A stretch of 64,000 bases of DNA from Dehalococcoidia bacterium (GTDB lineage: Bacteria; Chloroflexota; Dehalococcoidia; UBA2979): contig JAPYRK010000002.1 in the NCBI GenBank assembly GCA_029941115.1, positions 37,298-101,297 of the forward strand, written 5' to 3'. Numbering within the stretch: position 1 is the first letter of the stretch; every line of letters starts with the position of its first letter. Under the pieces are notes generated by a model. The model had not been told where the DNA came from. It did no database searches and saw nothing but the letters and a program-made list of their open reading frames with translations. This document shows positions 58,584 through 64,000 of the stretch, in pieces. The translations under genes were made by a program, and so were the position numbers.

Positions 58584-60358
58584 CGTATCTGCTCCTTATG
58601 GTAAGTAACTACTTCATCGCCCTCTTCAAAGGATTCATAGCCGCTCACCGTTATTCCGCACTCCAAGCCAGTTACGACCTCGCGCGCATCGTCACTTTCA
58701 CGCTTCAATGTGTCAAGGTTCGACTCATGTAGCACTGATCCGTCACGTATGACTCGACAAAGAGACCCTCTCAAGACCGAACCCTCGCGAATGTAACAAC
58801 CTGCAATTGCGTTGCGCCTACCCTTTCGAAACACAGCCCTAACCTCAGCAACTCCGTCTTGCCTGTCCTCAAAAATTGGATCTAATAACCCTTGTACAGC
58901 CTTTTCTATATCTCCTACAATATCGTAAATGACAGAATATTCACGAACTTCTATGTGATCTTCCGATGCGAGTTTACGAGCCCCCGGCTCCGAGATGACA
59001 TTAAACGCTATGACAACACCTTGTGAGGCGGTCGCAAGCTGAATATCAGACTCAACTACCGACCCGACAGCAGCATGAATAACTCGGACGTTTACCTCTT
59101 CATGAGACTGTGACTCAAGTACGTGAACTAGTGGCTCAATGGAACCCTGAACATCTGCTTTTACAACAAGATTAAAATCCTTAACATTCCCACGGTGTAT
59201 CTCACCAAACAAAGTATCTAATGTAACCGCCTGCTTAACACCACCAGCATCAGCACCTCGTAATCTGCTATCTGCCTCTAGTCTTGCAGATCTTGAATCC
59301 GCACGAACCTCGAAAACTTCTCCCGCCTGCGGCACGGCGGATAATCCAAGTATCTCAACCGGCGTCGACGGTCCAGCAGACTCGATTTTGTCACCATCCG
59401 ATCCAAACATTGCCTTGATTCGACCGAATGCAGTACCAGCCAACACGATATCGCCCAACCGTAACGTTCCAGTCTGCACTAATAGTGTAGCTGTAACCCC
59501 ACGTTGTCTATCGTTCTTGGCCTCTAAAATAATTCCCTTAGATTCGTTATCTGGATTAGCCTTAAGCTCCTCCAAATCCGCAATTAATAGAACATTTTCA
59601 AGCAAATCCTCAATGCCCAGACCCTCTAACGCCGAAATTTCCACAACGATTTGATCACCCCCAAGATCTTCGGGGAGTAAATCTACCTCAGTTAACTGAC
59701 CTTTGATTTTTGCCGGATCTGAATTAGGTAAATCAACTTTATTTATAGCAATCACCAGTGGTACTTGAGCAGCTTTCACATGAGCAATCGCCTCACGCGT
59801 CTGTTGCATCAAACCATCATCCGCAGCCACAACTACTATGCCTACATCGGTGACATTGGCCCCTCGGGCTCTCATCTGGGTAAAAGCTTCATGGCCCGGA
59901 GTGTCAAGAAATGTAATCACGCGGCCGTCGTTTACTTCTACCTGGTAGGCGCCTATATGCTGCGTGATTCCTCCAGCTTCACTCTGTTGGACATTAGTCG
60001 AGCGAATATGATCGAGAAGCGTGGTTTTTCCATGGTCGACATGGCCCAAAACCGTAACAATTGGGGGTCGAGGTACTGCGTCAGGGTCATTTTCGACTAA
60101 ACGTAAAGATGTCGATTCTGGCCTTGATTCACTATCTGCGTCAGACGCTTCTTCCTCGGCTTCAGTGTCAACACTAAATCCAAAATCTTCAGCAATAATT
60201 GCAGCTGTCTCGAAATCAATAACCTGTACAACAGTCGCCATTACTCCGTTTTGCATTAGGGCCTTGACAACCTCAACTGCAGACGTGTCGAGAATCTCCG
60301 CCAAATCGCGAACTACTATTGCAGACGGAATAATTATCTTCTGCTGGTCAAGTGTCAT
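58580..60358 (-). CDS. infB: Translation initiation factor IF-2 (short N-terminus)
   Basis: [38 protein letters not shown] and GLECG. Confidence 0.97.
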   Translation of the reverse strand: MTLDQQKIIIPSAIVVRDLAEILDTSAVEVVKALMQNGVMATVVQVIDFETAAIIAEDFGFSVDTEAEEEASDADSESRPESTSLRLVENDPDAVPRPPIVTVLGHVDHGKTTLLDHIRSTNVQQSEAGGITQHIGAYQVEVNDGRVITFLDTPGHEAFTQMRARGANVTDVGIVVVAADDGLMQQTREAIAHVKAAQVPLVIAINKVDLPNSDPAKIKGQLTEVDLLPEDLGGDQIVVEISALEGLGIEDLLENVLLIADLEELKANPDNESKGIILEAKNDRQRGVTATLLVQTGTLRLGDIVLAGTAFGRIKAMFGSDGDKIESAGPSTPVEILGLSAVPQAGEVFEVRADSRSARLEADSRLRGADAGGVKQAVTLDTLFGEIHRGNVKDFNLVVKADVQGSIEPLVHVLESQSHEEVNVRVIHAAVGSVVESDIQLATASQGVVIAFNVISEPGARKLASEDHIEVREYSVIYDIVGDIEKAVQGLLDPIFEDRQDGVAEVRAVFRKGRRNAIAGCYIREGSVLRGSLCRVIRDGSVLHESNLDTLKRESDDAREVVTGLECGITVSGYESFEEGDEVVTYHKEQIR

Positions 60359-60448
60359 CCGTGAATCCGAGCCCTTCTTTGCGGCCTTATATATGTATTC
60401 TATTCAATCTAACTCGTAAAGAATCTTCCATGCGAACCTCTACTAACT

Positions 60449-62032
60449 CTATAGTTCAAACAAATCATCTGCGTCATCGAACAAATCGTCTTCATCCTCA
60501 TCATACTCAAATCGTCGTGATTGAGTCTGCTTTTGCGGACCTCGCTCACCGCTACGCTTGCGACGACTCTGATTTTTCTTGTTTTGTCCACCCGTAGACT
60601 CTTCATCCTCATCTCGTCGAAGCTCGGCAATGTCATCACCAAATCGCAAACCGCCACTCGCTGATTTGTTTTCAGTCGTGGGTTGTTCGCCAACCTTCTG
60701 CGATATAGCACCAGGTTCGACAATCTCGTCTGTTCCACTTTCTTCGTCCGACGCAAAGGCAGCCATAACTTCTTGCTCGGGAGTGAGTTGCTTAACCACT
60801 GACGAATCCACACCAGTACCGTCGGGATGCACTGTGTCCAGTGGTAGCGCATTATCAGTTTGGGTATCTGTTGCTACAACATCTCTACCAAGGTTCGACG
60901 CTGGCGCTGTTCTCACTATAGGAATAGCCTCTAGATTGGGCTCTGGTGGTGGAACTAGATCTGCACCTGACTCCATAATCATGCTTTCTGCATTCAGAGA
61001 CACTCGCCGACCTATAAGTTGAGCCGCAAGACGTGCATTTTGACCTTCTTTTCCAATAGCAAGAGCCATTTGCTTATCCGGAATACCAATATTTACCGTA
61101 TTCTCAGCTTCATCAATACTTATCGAGATAACCTCTGCTGGTGAAATTGTATTGGCAGCGTAAGCCACTTCATTAGGGTCCCACCTGAGGATATCAATTC
61201 GCTCGCCGCCCAGCTCAGTAACAATATTCTGAATTCTTCCACCCCGAGGGCCCACACAAGCACCGATCGGATCTATACCATGTTGACGTGATATCACGGC
61301 TACTTTAGATCTGAATCCTGCATCTCTCGCTACAGCTACTATTTCGACAGTCCCACGAGCAATCTCTGGCACTTCAAGCTCAAATAATCGTTTCAGAACA
61401 TCTGGATGAGATCGCGACACAACTATTTGAGGTCCCTTTGCCGCACGATAAACCTCTTTTATATATACACGAATTCGCTGACCTTGCCTATAGTGCTCAG
61501 GTCTTATTTGCTCCGCCCAAGGCAACACGGCTTCGGCTCTCCCAAGATCGACGATCACTTGCTTTCGGCCACCCTCAACTCTCAAAACAGCTGCTGAAGT
61601 TAGTTCTCCCTCTTTATGAGAAAATTCTTCGAACACGGCTTCCCGTTCCGCTTCACGCAAACCCTGAGATACCACCTGTTTCGCAGTTTGTGCCGCGACC
61701 CGACCTGCCTCGTCTACTCGCTCTTGCTCTATAGACTCAGCTATGAGGTCGCCGACTTTAGCACTAGCAAATCCCATCTCTTTAGCTCGATCTGGAGCAA
61801 CTTCGATTTCGTCGTCCTCAATCTGCTCATAAGGCATTACTTTGTAGACGCGTTCAGCAGTGATATCGGACGTGTCTTCGTTAATTTTTACATTGATCTC
61901 AGCATATTGAAGATCGTCTTTACGAAGCGCCGAAGCTATAGCCGACTCAACTTTAACTAAAACAGTGGACGTATCAAGACCTTTTTGATCCGACACTTGC
62001 TTAATAGCAGTAACTAATTCATTACTTCTCAT
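60449..62032 (-). CDS. nusA: Transcription elongation factor NusA with long acidic C-terminal tail
   Basis: GRVAAQTAKQ, S1 domain, LFELEVPEI, RSKVAV, GACVG.RG.RI and AIGKEGQNARLA; start ATG 62032 behind GGGGG. Confidence 0.95.
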   Translation of the reverse strand: MRSNELVTAIKQVSDQKGLDTSTVLVKVESAIASALRKDDLQYAEINVKINEDTSDITAERVYKVMPYEQIEDDEIEVAPDRAKEMGFASAKVGDLIAESIEQERVDEAGRVAAQTAKQVVSQGLREAEREAVFEEFSHKEGELTSAAVLRVEGGRKQVIVDLGRAEAVLPWAEQIRPEHYRQGQRIRVYIKEVYRAAKGPQIVVSRSHPDVLKRLFELEVPEIARGTVEIVAVARDAGFRSKVAVISRQHGIDPIGACVGPRGGRIQNIVTELGGERIDILRWDPNEVAYAANTISPAEVISISIDEAENTVNIGIPDKQMALAIGKEGQNARLAAQLIGRRVSLNAESMIMESGADLVPPPEPNLEAIPIVRTAPASNLGRDVVATDTQTDNALPLDTVHPDGTGVDSSVVKQLTPEQEVMAAFASDEESGTDEIVEPGAISQKVGEQPTTENKSASGGLRFGDDIAELRRDEDEESTGGQNKKNQSRRKRSGERGPQKQTQSRRFEYDEDEDDLFDDADDLFEL

Positions 62033-62047
62033 TTTTCCCCCAACGAC

Positions 62048-62076
62048 AAAAAATACGCTAGCCCTAAGACTGCGCA
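62048..62076 (-). terminator. Imperfect terminator hairpin in the nusA leader (attenuator)
   Basis: Minus strand TGCGC-AGTC-TTAG-GGCT-A-GCGTA-TTTTTT, 15 nt before the nusA ATG. Confidence 0.55.
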
Positions 62077-62189
62077 CACGATCAATCAACCGAGTCACTA
62101 GCTCTATTTGGTATACATTATGTTAGCACTTAAACCGAACTTGCCGCTACGCCGGAACTGTCTTCAGGTATCGACCGAATTCTGCCGAA

Positions 62190-63929
62190 TCAAAGTGCGT
62201 CGAACAGGACCTTGATCTCTTCCTTGATATGGTTCACAGTACTGTCCCGAGCAACATGACTAATCTCATCAGAGTATCTGTTGGAAACCTCAACCATGCC
62301 TTCTTTCTGGTTTCGGGTCGATACCGTTAATCGAATCGGGTTCCCTATCAAGTCCGCGTCATTGAACATCACTCCGGGGCGCAGGCCCCGATCATCAAAC
62401 AGAACTTCTACTCCCGCCTCTGTTAACTCTCGATAAAGAAGCTCGGCATCTTCACGAATTGATTCATCTTTATCAAATCCAAGAGCCACTAAAGAACAAT
62501 GGTACGGCGCGATCGAGATTGGCCACCTGAGCCCATTTTCATTGATCCCTACCTCTGACGCAGCAGCAAAAATACGCCCAACACCAATTCCGTAACAACC
62601 CATCGTCGGCGTAATTGAGTTACCTGTTGAATCTTGTACCACTACTCCCAATGCATCTGAATATCTTTGGCCTACCCTAAATATATGGCCCATCTCAACG
62701 CCTCGAGAAAGACTTAACTCACCACTAGAACAACACCTACATCGGGCACCCGCGATAACCTCGGCAATATCCGCCGTGATGGACGCCTCCCAATCACGCC
62801 CATAATTCGAGTTCTTATAGTGCCAATCTTTCTGATTACCGCCGGCAACCAAATTCCGAGCGGTAATCACCGATTCGTCGGCTACAACTTGAGCCAAACT
62901 TTCTAGCTGGACTGCAGACATAAATCCAGGAGTTAATCCTAGACTCAACAATTCATCTTCCCCTAACGGCCTAAGATTCACGCCACCTAAGACATTTGAC
63001 AGTTTCACTTCACTAATTTCGAGATCGCCCCTCACAATAGAAAGAATTGGAATCTCACTGCCACCGTTATGCGGGATTGCCATGTACATAACGGCTTTTG
63101 CTGTTTGCCTATTCTCTATACCTAGGGAAGCTGATAACTCAGCAATAGTTGTTGAATTTGGCGTCTCGATTTTTTCGAGGCCTAACATTGGCTCCTCGCT
63201 AAAATTTTCCCTTAGAAATTCGGCCTTTTCTAGATTTGCGGCGTAACTACAGTTGTCGCACTGAGCTATCGTATCCTCCCCATTTTCAGATAAAAAAATA
63301 AACTCTTGTGATCCTTTGCCACCTATTGCACCTGAATCCGCATCTACCGGCACAACAGGCACTCCGCAACGCGAAAAGATTTTTTCGTATGAATCAAACA
63401 TTGTTTGATAGGAGGTACTTAAGTCGTCATCAGTTAAATCAAAGGAATACGCATCCTTCATCGTAAATTCTTTGACTCGAACAAGTCCGCCTCGAGGTCT
63501 AGCTTCATCCCGGAATTTTGTCTGTATTTGGTAAAGAGTCAATGGCAAATCTCGATAAGAAAAGATAAATTTTCCTAACAGGTCAGTTACCACTTCCTCG
63601 TGGGTAGGTCCCAACACCAAAGCCCTAGATCTTCTATCTGTTAGCTGAAAAAGTACTTCGCCCATCGTGGCAGATCTGCCAGATTGATCCCAAAGCTGGA
63701 GAGGCTGCAGAGCCGGCATTAGTATCTCTTGGGCACCAGCCGAATCCATCTCATTCCTAATTATATTTTCAATTTTCAGACGCACGCGATTACCAAGCGG
63801 CAAGAACGAGTACACACCTGACATAAGTTGCGAGACAAATCCAGCCCTGATCAAGAGCGCATGTGATTCAGTGTCAGCATCGCTCGGCTGCTCACGCAAA
63901 GTCTTTCCAAATAATTGAGACATTCTCAT
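62190..63929 (-). CDS. proS: Prolyl-tRNA synthetase (bacterial type with INS editing domain)
   Basis: MRMSQLF..TLRE.P, LGPTHEE, QTKFRDE.RPR.G, MKDAYSF and MGCYGIG; start ATG 63929 behind GGGAG. Confidence 0.96.
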   Translation of the reverse strand: MRMSQLFGKTLREQPSDADTESHALLIRAGFVSQLMSGVYSFLPLGNRVRLKIENIIRNEMDSAGAQEILMPALQPLQLWDQSGRSATMGEVLFQLTDRRSRALVLGPTHEEVVTDLLGKFIFSYRDLPLTLYQIQTKFRDEARPRGGLVRVKEFTMKDAYSFDLTDDDLSTSYQTMFDSYEKIFSRCGVPVVPVDADSGAIGGKGSQEFIFLSENGEDTIAQCDNCSYAANLEKAEFLRENFSEEPMLGLEKIETPNSTTIAELSASLGIENRQTAKAVMYMAIPHNGGSEIPILSIVRGDLEISEVKLSNVLGGVNLRPLGEDELLSLGLTPGFMSAVQLESLAQVVADESVITARNLVAGGNQKDWHYKNSNYGRDWEASITADIAEVIAGARCRCCSSGELSLSRGVEMGHIFRVGQRYSDALGVVVQDSTGNSITPTMGCYGIGVGRIFAAASEVGINENGLRWPISIAPYHCSLVALGFDKDESIREDAELLYRELTEAGVEVLFDDRGLRPGVMFNDADLIGNPIRLTVSTRNQKEGMVEVSNRYSDEISHVARDSTVNHIKEEIKVLFDAL

Positions 63930-64000
63930 ATTTATCTCCCTGGCAGCTAGTTTACAAAACATCCTGCTTTATGCGAGCTATACAGAACCCCTAAAACCAA

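Noticed and set aside
635..61960. Many 60-180 aa ORFs antisense to or nested in real genes (e.g. 635-1180, 38421-38891, 45761-46255, 60579-61022)
   Set aside because: They are shadows of well-supported genes with no recognisable motifs and composition typical of antisense frames.
62033..62098. ORF-track N-terminal extension of nusA from GTG 62098
   Set aside because: It overlaps the leader hairpin, and the SD-backed ATG at 62032 matches the usual NusA N-terminus.
1..64000. tRNA/rRNA, T-box or riboswitch leaders, CRISPR, IS or phage; also an impression that CTAG is unusually frequent
   Set aside because: Intergenic gaps are short and show none of the expected structures by eye, although small ncRNAs cannot be excluded without covariance searches. 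The CTAG impression needs k-mer counts I cannot run.

Overview
This is a gene-dense, low-to-mid-GC bacterial chromosome segment made mostly of housekeeping genes. The gene set most resembles Chloroflexota/Dehalococcoidia (SAR202- or Tepidiforma-like); this is an inference from the archaeal-type FBP aldolase/phosphatase, DUF1122, CxxC-x17-CxxC zinc ribbon, short IF2, tandem fabF and F420/PPOX genes. I found about 64 CDSs and no rRNA, tRNA, CRISPR array, IS element or prophage. Main blocks are yqeC/mobA, MFS transporters, a HadA/HadB-like hot-dog pair, murB/proB/folC, three intact FabF paralogues with fabD/acpS, ccr behind an actinobacterial-style amtB-glnK-glnD operon, a solitary Dam-type methylase, a hydroxy-acid catabolic trio, prfB with its +1 frameshift, and proS-nusA-infB-rbfA-truB. 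The most interesting system is a compact inositol-glycolipid (PI/PIM-like) locus: LysR <> ino1-acyltransferase-acyltransferase-PHP phosphoesterase-pimA-like, converging on a pgsA-like synthase and a cysteine-free PDO homologue. Its PHP gene is a candidate for the unassigned phosphatidylinositol-phosphate phosphatase. Other signals are two probable non-canonical start codons (CTG for rbfA, ATC for one fabF), a nusA leader attenuator, candidate operators and an unannotated 38-aa membrane peptide ORF. All function calls come from motif recognition by eye; no database search was run.
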